Shown here piece after piece: positions 8,764 to 17,578 of a stretch of 64,000 nucleotides of DNA. The stretch comes from an uncultured Muribaculaceae bacterium (GTDB lineage: Bacteria; Bacillota_I; Bacilli_A; RF39; UBA660), in contig CAZJKO010000002.1 of assembly GCA_964546995.1 (NCBI GenBank), forward strand, positions 3,498 through 67,497. The letters are read 5' to 3'. Under the pieces are notes generated by a model. That model saw nothing but the letters and a program-made list of their open reading frames with translations, ran no database searches and was not told where the DNA came from. The translations under genes and the position numbers were made by a program. Within the stretch, counting starts at the first letter, position 1. Each line of letters opens with the position of its first letter.

Positions 8764-9744
8764 ATGAAAAAATTATTCATTACATTATGTATGGTATTAT
8801 TATTCACCACAGGTTGTGGAAAAGTACCCAAGTTAGAAAATGGAGAAGATGCTGTCGTTAGCTTAAAAAATGGTAAAATCTCGGTAGATGCGCTTTACGA
8901 AGAAGTAAAAAACAAATATGCCGTAAATGTACTAATCGATATGATCGATAAACAAATTCTAAATGAAAAGTATAAAACGACAGACGAAGAAACCAAAAAA
9001 ATAGAAAGTCAAATCGAACAGATGAGAGCACAATTTAATACGGAAGCAGAATACTTACAAGCAATACAATCTTACTTCTCTGTAAAAGATGAAAACGAAT
9101 TAAAAGAACTATTATCTCTAGATTATAAAAGAGGTTTAGCTGTCGAAGAATATAGCAAAAGCTTAGTAACAGAAAAAGAAATTGAAGAGTATTACAACAA
9201 CAAAACAGTTGGAGATATGGAAGCAAGTCACATTCTAATTAAACCAAAAACGACAGATGGAATGACGAGTGAAGAAAAAACCAAAGCTGAAGAAGAAGCA
9301 TTACAAAAAGCAAAAGAAGTAATCACAAGACTAAATAACGGAGAAGATTTTGCGACATTAGCCAAAGAACTATCCGATGATGAAGGAAGTAAAGAAGATG
9401 GTGGTAAAGTTGGTAAATTCAACCGAAATTCAAACTTCGTCACAGAATTCATCGAAGGAGCCATTAGCTTGGAAGAAGGAAAATACTCAACGGAACCAGT
9501 TAAATCAAGCTTTGGATACCACATCATCTTAAAAACATCCCAAAAAGAAAAACCATCACTCGACAAAGTCAAAGATGACATCATTGCTACCCTAGCAGAA
9601 GAGAAAGAAACAAATGATACCAAACTTCAATATAAAGCGTTAATCGACCTAAGAGAAAAAAGTGGTATAAAAATCGAAGATAGCGAATTAGAATCACAAT
9701 ACAATAAATTGATGAATTCACTATTAACACAAGAAACAAAATAA
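8764..9744 (+). CDS. prsA: foldase lipoprotein PrsA (parvulin-type peptidyl-prolyl isomerase)
   Basis: Lipoprotein signal MKKLFITLCMVLLFTTGC (lipobox LFTTGC). Parvulin PPIase core SHILIKP...FGYHIILK. RBS AAAGGAGGAAAAC. Rho-independent terminator at 9745..9773. Confidence 0.85.
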   Translation: MKKLFITLCMVLLFTTGCGKVPKLENGEDAVVSLKNGKISVDALYEEVKNKYAVNVLIDMIDKQILNEKYKTTDEETKKIESQIEQMRAQFNTEAEYLQAIQSYFSVKDENELKELLSLDYKRGLAVEEYSKSLVTEKEIEEYYNNKTVGDMEASHILIKPKTTDGMTSEEKTKAEEEALQKAKEVITRLNNGEDFATLAKELSDDEGSKEDGGKVGKFNRNSNFVTEFIEGAISLEEGKYSTEPVKSSFGYHIILKTSQKEKPSLDKVKDDIIATLAEEKETNDTKLQYKALIDLREKSGIKIEDSELESQYNKLMNSLLTQETK

Positions 9745-9793
9745 ACATCGAATAAAGATGTTTTTTCTTTTTGATTATAGGCAAAGCAAATAG

Positions 9794-9820
9794 ACCCTTT
9801 TTCCTAGTAGTCATATGATA
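9794..9820 (+). promoter_or_regulatory. candidate sigma-K-type sporulation promoter (AC-N16-CATATGATA) upstream of the cotD-like gene
   Basis: AC at 9794-9795, 16-nt spacer, CATATGATA at 9812-9820 matching the CATA---TA -10 consensus. ATG lies 24 nt downstream. Pattern match only. Confidence 0.3.
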
Positions 9821-9844
9821 GACTAGATAGGAGGAAAGAATAAC

Positions 9845-10189
9845 ATGTTTAGAAATCAAGATTATTTAAACAACAACGAAATGAACGCTACGTTCATTGG
9901 TAACAACAACACCATCGAAAACGAAATGAATATGAATGTAACTTCAAGTGGAATGGGAATGAATATGGGAGGTTGTACTTGTAGCCATATGCACAAACCA
10001 ATCTGCTGCCCACCTCAAGAAAGATGCATTCATAAAACATTCGTTCACGAAATACCACATATTTGCCCAATACGTACTCGCGTAATTAATCATCATGTAT
10101 ATAAACATACATATCGCCCTGAATTTAGTTGCCAAGAAGAAAATGTGGTAAGTAATATTCAATGTGGCTCTTGCAACCAATTCCGTTAA
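9845..10189 (+). CDS. cotD: CotD-family inner spore coat protein
   Basis: 114 aa, Cys/His-rich: CTCSHMHKPICCPP...PIRTRVINHHVYKHTYRPEF. The NHHxYxHxYxP motif resembles Bacillus CotD. RBS GGAGGAAAG. Confidence 0.65.
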   Translation: MFRNQDYLNNNEMNATFIGNNNTIENEMNMNVTSSGMGMNMGGCTCSHMHKPICCPPQERCIHKTFVHEIPHICPIRTRVINHHVYKHTYRPEFSCQEENVVSNIQCGSCNQFR

Positions 10190-10214
10190 AAGTCTTTTTA
10201 AGACTTTTTTCTTT
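10127..10214 (+). repeat. direct repeat copy 1 (about 88 bp): 3' end of cotD-like gene plus its terminator hairpin
   Basis: agttgccaagaagaaaatgtggtaagtaatattcaatgtggctcttgcaaccaattccgttaaaagtctttttaagacttttttcttt. Near-identical copy at 10915..11002 with about 6 mismatches. Contains hairpin AAAAGTCTT-TTT-AAGACTTTT plus T-run (10187..10214). Confidence 0.8.
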
Positions 10215-10275
10215 GCAACAAAGGAATTTACTTTATAAAAAAGAAGAATTATTACATAATAATAGTAAAATGCAA

Positions 10276-10304
10276 TTGACAAATGTATAAACTTTGTATA
10301 TACT
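10276..10304 (+). promoter_or_regulatory. sigma-A-type promoter TTGACA-N17-TATACT for mazEF
   Basis: TTGACA at 10276-10281, 17-nt spacer, TATACT at 10299-10304, about 22 nt upstream of the mazE ATG. Confidence 0.5.
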
Positions 10305-10326
10305 GTAAATGAATGGAGATGATACC

Positions 10327-10569
10327 ATGGAAGCAAGACTTCAAAAATGGGGTAATTCCACTGGAATAAGAATCCCAAGTAGTATTTTAAAATCTTTAAA
10401 TATTAAGACTAACGACATATTAAATATTGAACAAAAGGAAGATAAAATAATTATCAGTATTCCAAAGAAAAAAAAGATATCTTTAGAAGAAAGGTTTAAA
10501 AATTATCACGGTGAAAATTTAGCGAAAGATTTTTCTTGGGATGAACCCGTTGGGAGAGAAATATGGTAA
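10327..10569 (+). CDS. mazE: MazE/PemI-type antitoxin (AbrB/SpoVT swapped-hairpin fold)
   Basis: MEARLQKWGNSTGIRIPSSILKSLNIK... is the canonical MazE/AbrB-type motif. RBS GGAGATGA. Stop overlaps the mazF start by 7 nt. Confidence 0.8.
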   Translation: MEARLQKWGNSTGIRIPSSILKSLNIKTNDILNIEQKEDKIIISIPKKKKISLEERFKNYHGENLAKDFSWDEPVGREIW

Positions 10570-10904
10570 AAAAATATATTCCAAAGCAAGGAGACATTGT
10601 TTTTTTAGATTTTAATCCGACAAAAGGACATGAACAGACAGGAATTAGACCAGCAGTTGTTGTAAGCACTAATATTTTTAATCAAAATACTAAAATGGCT
10701 ATTGTATGCCCTATTACATCGAATAATAAAGAATTTCCAACACATTACAAGTTAGAAAATAGTCAAAACGTACATGGCTCAGTTCTATGTGAACATATTA
10801 GAAGCATAGACTATGAAACTAGAAACCTAAAATTTGTAGAAAAAACAAGTGATAATGACTTTATAAGTATAATAACATTATTAAATGCATGTATAGAAGA
10901 ATAA
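10563..10904 (+). CDS. mazF: MazF/PemK-type endoribonuclease toxin
   Basis: IPKQGDIVFLDFNPTKGHEQTGIRPAVVVS...AIVCPITS, full-length PemK/MazF signature (113 aa). Confidence 0.85.
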   Translation: MVKKYIPKQGDIVFLDFNPTKGHEQTGIRPAVVVSTNIFNQNTKMAIVCPITSNNKEFPTHYKLENSQNVHGSVLCEHIRSIDYETRNLKFVEKTSDNDFISIITLLNACIEE

Positions 10905-10914
10905 ATCTATCATA

Positions 10915-11002
10915 GTTACCAAGAAGAAAACGTGGTAAGTAATATTCAATGTAGCTCTTGCAACCAATTTCATTAAAAGTCTTTTTAAGACTTTTTTCTT
11001 TA
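10915..11002 (+). repeat. direct repeat copy 2: remnant of a cotD-like 3' end (encodes ...QEENVVSNIQCSSCNQFH*) plus terminator hairpin
   Basis: Aligns to 10127..10214 with a few substitutions. Hairpin AAAAGTCTTTTTAAGACTTTT + T-run at 10975..11002. Confidence 0.8.
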
Positions 11003-11096
11003 AAAAAGAAACTTCTGTCAAAGAGTGTCTAATTTTTGGTAATCACTTGCACTATTTACTATTTCGATATATTCTTAAAATAGGGAGTGTGATAAA

Positions 11097-11300
11097 GTGA
11101 TCTTTCCATCGATTGACAAATTGTTGAACGTTGTAGATTCCAAATACAAACTCGTTCACATTGCGGCAAGAAGAAGTAAAGAAATGGCCAAAACAAATCA
11201 TTACCAAATGCCTCTAAACAAATACCAAAGTGGAAAAAACATTGGTAGAGCTTTAGAAGAAGTAGCAGAGGGCCAAATCAAAGTCAAAGAAAAAGAATAA
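11097..11300 (+). CDS. rpoZ: DNA-directed RNA polymerase subunit omega
   Basis: 67 aa. SIDKLLNVVDSKYKLVHIAARRSKEM is the RpoZ signature. Probable GTG start with RBS GGGAG. Confidence 0.8.
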   Translation: MIFPSIDKLLNVVDSKYKLVHIAARRSKEMAKTNHYQMPLNKYQSGKNIGRALEEVAEGQIKVKEKE

Positions 11301-11360
11301 AAAGAGGAAAAAAGAATACTTTTTTCTTTTTTTTCGTTATAATAAAAGAAAGGTGATAAT

Positions 11361-12113
11361 ATGAAAGTACGCTCATTTAAAAAGAAAGCCAATGGATTCT
11401 ATCAAGTATTATTAGAAGAAACAGAACCCCTACTCATCCATGAAGATTTAATACTAAAATACGACATCTTAAAAAAACAAAAACTAGAAGAAGAAACCAT
11501 TAGACAAATAGAAGAAGAAAACAAAAAATACGTAGTATATCAAGATGCTCTTGCATCACTAAAAACAAGACTAAGAAGTACCAAAGAATTAAAAGAACGA
11601 CTCACAAAAAAAGAATATCCCAAAAAGGAAATCGAAGAAGTAATCGCTACTTTAACAAAGCAAGGCTATCTAAACGATAAAATTTATGCTGACTCGTTTG
11701 TCCATGATAAAATTTCTTTTTCTAAAGATGGACCAGAAAAAATAAAAGAAGAGTTATTACGCCTTGGGATAAAAACAGAATACATAGAACAGGCCCTTTG
11801 TTGTTTTACAAGCGACATAGAACAGATGAGAATCAAAAAAATCATCGACAAAGAAACAAAGACCAATCGAACTAAATCGGAAGTCATATTAAAAAGAAAA
11901 CTATTAGAAAATCTAGTGAGAAACGGTTACCATAAAGAATATATCACTCCCCTACTAGAAAAAGCAAAAAATCAAAATGAAAAATCAATCTACCAAAAAG
12001 AGTACGAAAAACAAAAAAAGAAATTAGAAAAAAAATATCAAGGAAAAGAACTAGAATACAAACTAAAAGAGAAAATGTACCAAAAAGGATTTCACTATGA
12101 AAGCATGGATTAA
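11361..12113 (+). CDS. recX: recombination regulator RecX
   Basis: 250 aa with three-repeat helical RecX architecture (...YLNDKIYADSFVHDKI...LLENLVRNGYHKEYI...). RBS AAAGGTGA. Not adjacent to recA here, as in Bacillus. Confidence 0.75.
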   Translation: MKVRSFKKKANGFYQVLLEETEPLLIHEDLILKYDILKKQKLEEETIRQIEEENKKYVVYQDALASLKTRLRSTKELKERLTKKEYPKKEIEEVIATLTKQGYLNDKIYADSFVHDKISFSKDGPEKIKEELLRLGIKTEYIEQALCCFTSDIEQMRIKKIIDKETKTNRTKSEVILKRKLLENLVRNGYHKEYITPLLEKAKNQNEKSIYQKEYEKQKKKLEKKYQGKELEYKLKEKMYQKGFHYESMD

Positions 12114-13521
12114 AAATCATCAAAAAGAAATATCTCTAGGCCTCTATCTCTTAGGATTCACTACTCTAATACTCTTGTTTACTCACACTGGATTCGACTA
12201 TTTTTGGCATAAAAAAGCAGGAGAAATCATGATGAACGAAAAAAGAATTCTAACAGTAGACCTTTTCAGTTGGACTGCCTATCAGAAACCGTGGATTTCT
12301 CATGAATGGCTAAGTGAAATAATCTTATATTTGTACCATATCATATTTAAAGGTCATAGCATCACTCTATACTGTGGAACCTTTTTACTAATACTCTATT
12401 TCTTTCTTTATATGACGAATAAAAAAGCAATGTTAAAAAACGTTCGTTTCACTATCATTTGGTTCTTCTTAAGTACTTTTATGATCGGAGGAAGCATCGC
12501 CCCAAGACCACAGATGATCAGTTATGTATTGCTTGCTATCACACTCTTTTTACTCTATCAAAAAAAGAACGATGAAAACAACAAAACCATTTATCTTCTA
12601 CCAATCGTTTCAATCATTTGGGCAAACGTCCATGGTGGCTCATCGAACCTTCCCTACCTATTAAGTCTCATTTTCTTTTTAAGTAGCATGATTTCCATTA
12701 ATCAAGAAAAAATAGAAAGCAAGTCACAAACAAAAAAACAAACCATTTCTTTTTTAATCGTTACAATTCTATCATTTCTTGCAATAACAATAAATCCACA
12801 TGGAATAAAATTACTAACGTACCCTTATGAAAATATGCAAGATAGCTTCATGCTAAATACTATCCAAGAATGGCGTCATTTAAATATCAACAACATAAGC
12901 GACCTAATCATACTAATCATGCCACTAATAACCATAACAATCTTAATCAAAACCAACAAAAAACACGACATTCTAGATTTAATCGTGCTCTTGCTATTCA
13001 CTTACCTACTTTTCAAAAGTGTAAGATTTGCCCCACTCTTCTTCATTGCAAGCACCTATATTGTATTTAAGTACATCAAAGAAAAACCTTACCACACCAA
13101 CCTAAATATCCTACTTCCCATCTTTGGACTAATATTTATCACATTCTTTCTAACCAAAGAAAAAGAACTCCAACTTAGAATAAATGAACCAGTAGTAAGT
13201 AACGAAATGATCGAAACCATAAAAGAACATCATCCAGAACATCTCTATAATTATTATGATTACGGAGGATATTTAATCGATAAAAACATAAAAGTATTTA
13301 TCGATGGTCGTGCCGACCTTTATTCCAAATATAATTACAAAGACTTCTATCACCTAACCTTTCTAAATCAAAACTATTTAGAAATATTAGAAGAATACAA
13401 CTTCGATTATCTCTTAGTCAAAAACCAAACACCACTAGCATATTACTTAAAAAACAATCAAGAATACCAGATCATAAAAGAAGAAAAATCTATAACTCTA
13501 TACAAAAAAGCTTTAGAATAA
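12097..13521 (+). CDS. polytopic membrane protein (about 12 TM) with C-terminal soluble domain; possible GT-C-type glycosyltransferase (YfhO/ArnT/PMT-like), low confidence
   Basis: 474 aa, hydrophobic N-terminal 350 aa with many TM helices, then a soluble C-terminal domain (...KVFIDGRADLYSKYNYKDFYHL...). Overlaps recX by 17 nt. A bidirectional terminator follows at about 13505..13540. Confidence 0.45.
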   Translation: MKAWIKNHQKEISLGLYLLGFTTLILLFTHTGFDYFWHKKAGEIMMNEKRILTVDLFSWTAYQKPWISHEWLSEIILYLYHIIFKGHSITLYCGTFLLILYFFLYMTNKKAMLKNVRFTIIWFFLSTFMIGGSIAPRPQMISYVLLAITLFLLYQKKNDENNKTIYLLPIVSIIWANVHGGSSNLPYLLSLIFFLSSMISINQEKIESKSQTKKQTISFLIVTILSFLAITINPHGIKLLTYPYENMQDSFMLNTIQEWRHLNINNISDLIILIMPLITITILIKTNKKHDILDLIVLLLFTYLLFKSVRFAPLFFIASTYIVFKYIKEKPYHTNLNILLPIFGLIFITFFLTKEKELQLRINEPVVSNEMIETIKEHHPEHLYNYYDYGGYLIDKNIKVFIDGRADLYSKYNYKDFYHLTFLNQNYLEILEEYNFDYLLVKNQTPLAYYLKNNQEYQIIKEEKSITLYKKALE

Positions 13522-13542
13522 ACCCTAAAGCCTTTTTTATTG

Positions 13543-15990
13543 CTATTTATCAATCACGACGACAGCACGAGCACCAAAGCTTGTACCCGTCGTGTTGAAG
13601 TTACTATTCACGCGACCGCCATAATTCACAAACAATGCAATCGACGACGTACTAGAAGAATATGCCGACATGGTCCAATATCCATAATTGTTTCCGTATT
13701 CTCCTCCAGTTACAGTTACTGTTCCCCCATAACTTGTTGAATTATATAAATAATTATTCATCCATGTGGGACAACTTTGAATAGAACTTGTACATCCTAA
13801 TCCTCCTGCTTCTTGCGCTGTAATCATCCGCGCCTTCCCTGTACGCTGTGATAATGTATACAGATTCGCTGTACAACTAACTCCTGAACTATCATATGTA
13901 CATCCTGTAAAAGCATTTGTCTTGAATGTGGTACTCCCAAGCGTATAGGTTTGATCTTTTACATTGGTCCAAGAAGATGTTGCACTCTCCAAAGCTGGTA
14001 ATACCGTTAATGGTCCCTTACTATTATCGGATGCCGCTTCGTACCATGCCGTTTTATAAATCGTATTCTCCCTTTGTTGCATCACTAAAGTATCTCCTTC
14101 ATCAAACATAACATGGAAGTATTTTATTTCACTTGCATTGACTTTGTATTTGATAATGGTTCCTGCTGTATACGTTGTCTGTGGTCCAATTTCTACACAA
14201 GTACTCTCCTCACCTGTTTGACAACTACTTGTATTATATCGATAAACTGCTACAATGTTAGAATTAGCAGGTAAAAGAACTTTAATATTTCCATTTGGAT
14301 GAGATACGGTTCCTCCTACAAATGTTGCACTACTACTTCCTCCTGTAATACTCTTCCAATCGAAACTTCTTCCTGTTTTATTATCGATAGTAACTAATCC
14401 CTTGTTACTTGTTGCACTTTTATAGAACGCATTCGTTCCAATTGATGTAACTGTCGTTGGAATAATAATACTAGTTAGATTATTATTTAGGAACACTTCA
14501 TTTCCTATGGTTGTTGTACCACTAGGTATCACCACACTAACTAAATTGTTATATGCCATCGATTTTGATCCAAGTGTTTTAACACTAGTTGGAATAATGA
14601 CATTTGTCGTTTTTGCTCCTCCATAACTAACTAACACACTCGTATTGTTACTTCCATCACTATTCTTTTGATAGAAGAAAGCATTACTATCAGGGAGTTT
14701 ATTGTTATTGAAAGCAGCATTCCCTAAATAAGTTAATGAGCTTGGTACTTCAACATTCATTAAATTGTTATTAGCAAATGCTTGAGTACCAATTGATGTA
14801 ACTGTCTCCGGGATAACGACACTCGTTATCTTTTTATTTTCAAAAGCATTATTTCCAATCGCTAATACTTCCGTTCCGCCAATTGTATTGGGTATCGTAA
14901 CATCACGAATCGTTTGATAGCCTTCACTATTTCCTTCATAACATAAATAATTACTTATCGTTCCAGTACTTGAATCAAATACAAAACAACTTTCTCTTAC
15001 TGCCGATTCTTTCATTTGTGCTCTTAAACTAGCTTGTAGTGAATAACTATTTGCTTCTTCCTCACTTACACTCTCATCGATCCATAGTCTTAGTTCATAT
15101 TCATTTGTTGTCCCTGCTTCGATCTTTCCTGTATCTAACACTCGTTCTCCTTCTACTAGAGTATTAGATAACGTATCAATGGGCATAGCTTCCTGATTCT
15201 TAACGAGTTGGTATTTTACTTTATCTGAAGGTGCTCCCACACTTCGCATTCTAAACGTACTAACATCATCTAATGTTACAGTATAATTACTTACATCACT
15301 TGATGTATTCTTTAATGAAAAGCGATATGGTTCTAGTTTCACACCTTCTTCATCAGTAGTTGGTACATTTCCATCTTCACTAAAACCAATCTCATTCGTT
15401 CCTAAAATATTCATGTTCAAGTTTTCTTCATTTAATACTGTCTCTGTTACTTGTGTTCCTACTACTCTTAGTTTTCCTCTTAATACTTGGCCCATCACTT
15501 CATTAGAGGCATTTTTATCAATCCATAGTCTTAGATCATAAGTAATCGTTTGTCCACCTTTAATGGTACCATGATCTAAGATTCGATTTGGATTTACCCC
15601 TAAAGCAGAAAGTAAAGCAGTTTTTGTTCTTGTGTCTTTCACGAGATTGTACTTTACCTTATTATCCGCCATTCTTGTTTCATTTTCTTCTAAAGCGATA
15701 TCATCAAAGTAGATTGTATACTCTACATACTCACTTCCTTCATTAATTAAAGTGAAGTGATAGGGATCTAACTTCTCTCCATCTTCGTCCAACATCGGAA
15801 CTGCTTTATCTTCATTGATTCCAATACTATTTTCTTCATCTAATCTTAACGAAAGTGTTCCTGATTTTAATACATTTACTTTGGTTCCATTTAAGGTAAG
15901 TGTGAACCATGCGTAGCTTCCTCCGATCAATAAAACAACTACTAGTAACACACTCATGCAGGTCATGAATATTTTCTTATTCTTTTCCAT
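13543..15990 (-). CDS. large surface protein: SipW-cognate-type signal peptide + two TasA/camelysin-like (M73-like) repeats + BspA-type leucine-rich repeats + Gly/Ser/Thr/Tyr-rich C-terminal domain
   Basis: 815 aa. N-terminus MEKNKKIFMTCMSVLLVVVLLIGGSYAWFTLTLNGTKVNVLKSGTLSL resembles TasA-type signals (..VGGGTWAAFND....ASGTLDL). Two internal repeats share ...KLDPYHFTL.NEGSE...KVKY.LVK...LRLWID.... LRR_5/BspA-like units (IP.TVTSIG..AF..N.L) fill residues about 370-520. RBS GAGGTG. Confidence 0.7.
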   Translation of the reverse strand: MEKNKKIFMTCMSVLLVVVLLIGGSYAWFTLTLNGTKVNVLKSGTLSLRLDEENSIGINEDKAVPMLDEDGEKLDPYHFTLINEGSEYVEYTIYFDDIALEENETRMADNKVKYNLVKDTRTKTALLSALGVNPNRILDHGTIKGGQTITYDLRLWIDKNASNEVMGQVLRGKLRVVGTQVTETVLNEENLNMNILGTNEIGFSEDGNVPTTDEEGVKLEPYRFSLKNTSSDVSNYTVTLDDVSTFRMRSVGAPSDKVKYQLVKNQEAMPIDTLSNTLVEGERVLDTGKIEAGTTNEYELRLWIDESVSEEEANSYSLQASLRAQMKESAVRESCFVFDSSTGTISNYLCYEGNSEGYQTIRDVTIPNTIGGTEVLAIGNNAFENKKITSVVIPETVTSIGTQAFANNNLMNVEVPSSLTYLGNAAFNNNKLPDSNAFFYQKNSDGSNNTSVLVSYGGAKTTNVIIPTSVKTLGSKSMAYNNLVSVVIPSGTTTIGNEVFLNNNLTSIIIPTTVTSIGTNAFYKSATSNKGLVTIDNKTGRSFDWKSITGGSSSATFVGGTVSHPNGNIKVLLPANSNIVAVYRYNTSSCQTGEESTCVEIGPQTTYTAGTIIKYKVNASEIKYFHVMFDEGDTLVMQQRENTIYKTAWYEAASDNSKGPLTVLPALESATSSWTNVKDQTYTLGSTTFKTNAFTGCTYDSSGVSCTANLYTLSQRTGKARMITAQEAGGLGCTSSIQSCPTWMNNYLYNSTSYGGTVTVTGGEYGNNYGYWTMSAYSSSTSSIALFVNYGGRVNSNFNTTGTSFGARAVVVIDK

Positions 15991-16151
15991 TTCTTACACC
16001 TCTACTCTAATACTCATTATAGTATAACTTCTTTTCTTTTTATTATTTTGTCTAATTTTTAGATATTTATGACACGAAAAATACAGAGTACATTCTACCC
16101 TGTATTTTTGCATATTAAAGAAGTGTGAGTCTTTACTTGTCTAGTAAGTTG

Positions 16152-16160
16152 CCCCCCCCC
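16152..16160. repeat. homopolymeric C9 (G9 on minus strand) tract in the 5' region of the large surface-protein gene
   Basis: gccccccccc at 16151-16160 in a roughly 30% GC genome, about 160 nt upstream of the ATG at 15990. Confidence 0.8.
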
Positions 16161-16246
16161 AAGTACGAATTTCTTGACAATTTTTCATCCCGTTCACTCC
16201 TCATATTTTTTACTAAAAGAATACCACAACTGTTAACAAAAGTAAA

Positions 16247-17554
16247 TTAGAATGGCATCTTCATTTTTCCATTAGAAAACTGCTTCATCATTTTTTTCAT
16301 GTTCTCAAACTGAATCAATAGTTGATTGACTTCTTGAACACTAAGACCACACCCTTTAGCAATTCTCGTTTTTCGACTTGCCTTGATAATATCGGGATTG
16401 CGTCTTTCCTTAGGCGTCATCGATAAAATAATCGCTTCAATATGCCCTAATTTTTTAGGATCGATCGAAACATTGTTTAAACCCATCTTAGAAGCACCTG
16501 GCAACATCTTAAGCAAATTTTCAAGAGGTCCTAATTTGCGAATTTGTTTCATGTTAGTAAGAAAATCTTCTAAATCAAATTTTCCACTTTGCATTTTTCT
16601 TGCTGATTTTTCTGCTTCTTTTTCGTCGATGACTTCCGTTGCTTTTTCCACAAGGGAAACGATATCACCCATACCTAAAATTCTTCCAGCCATACGTTCA
16701 GGATCGAACGGTTCCAATCCATCTAACTTTTCACTAACACCTATCATTTTGATCGGTACATCCGTCAAATGACGAACCGAAAGAGCAACTCCACCTCTCG
16801 TATCTCCATCTAACTTAGTTAAAATAACACCCGTTAATGGTAATTTATCATGAAAACCCGTAATGACATGAATGGCATCTTGCCCCATCATCGAATCGAT
16901 AACAAGCAATACTTCGTGTGGATGAAGAGCTTCGTTCATCTGTTCCAATTCATCCATCAAGGCATCATCGATATGGAGTCTTCCTGCTGTATCGATTAAT
17001 ATATAATCGTATCCGTTTTCTTTTGCTTCCTCGATCGCATGGCGAGCAATCGTAACAGGATCCCCATTTCCTTCCTCGTATACCGGAATTCCAAGCTGAG
17101 ACCCAATCTGCTTCAATTGATCGATTGCAGCGGGACGATAGACATCACACGCGACCAAAAGTGGCTTTTTAGCATGCTTCTTCCGCAAGAAATTCGCAAG
17201 CTTCCCGATCGTTGTCGTCTTTCCACTTCCCTGCAATCCCACTAACATGAGAATAGAAGGTTTAGACGACGTGTGAAGAGGACTCGCTTCCCCACCCAAA
17301 AGATTGGTGAGTTCATCTTTCACAATCTTAACAAACAAATCGCCTGGTCGAATACTCGTCCTAACTTCTTCCCCAAGGGCTTTTTCTTTCACTGTATTCG
17401 TAAATTCTTTTACTACTTTATAGTTGACATCCGCTTCCAAAAGAGCAAGACGAATTTCTCTCATCATATCGGAAATATTTTCTTCCGTAATTTTTCCATA
17501 TCCCTTGATTTTATGAATCGCATTTTGGAGCCGCTCTCCTAAACTTTCAAACAT
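16247..17554 (-). CDS. ffh: signal recognition particle protein Ffh
   Basis: 435 aa. GTPase motifs GLQGSGKTT, DTAGR, TKLDGD. M-domain with a Met-rich C-terminus. Confidence 0.95.
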   Translation of the reverse strand: MFESLGERLQNAIHKIKGYGKITEENISDMMREIRLALLEADVNYKVVKEFTNTVKEKALGEEVRTSIRPGDLFVKIVKDELTNLLGGEASPLHTSSKPSILMLVGLQGSGKTTTIGKLANFLRKKHAKKPLLVACDVYRPAAIDQLKQIGSQLGIPVYEEGNGDPVTIARHAIEEAKENGYDYILIDTAGRLHIDDALMDELEQMNEALHPHEVLLVIDSMMGQDAIHVITGFHDKLPLTGVILTKLDGDTRGGVALSVRHLTDVPIKMIGVSEKLDGLEPFDPERMAGRILGMGDIVSLVEKATEVIDEKEAEKSARKMQSGKFDLEDFLTNMKQIRKLGPLENLLKMLPGASKMGLNNVSIDPKKLGHIEAIILSMTPKERRNPDIIKASRKTRIAKGCGLSVQEVNQLLIQFENMKKMMKQFSNGKMKMPF

Positions 17555-17578
17555 AACCTTTCCCTCCTCAAAATATCA

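Noticed and set aside
9035-9859. Minus-strand ORFs 9035..9226, 9228..9623, 9587..9859 opposite prsA
   Set aside because: Antisense to a confidently assigned prsA gene. Low-complexity S/L-rich translations.
9944-10378. 144-aa minus-strand ORF spanning the cotD-like gene, its terminator and the mazE promoter
   Set aside because: Crosses a terminator and a promoter and is antisense to two supported genes. Composition dominated by F/Y/I from AT-rich DNA.
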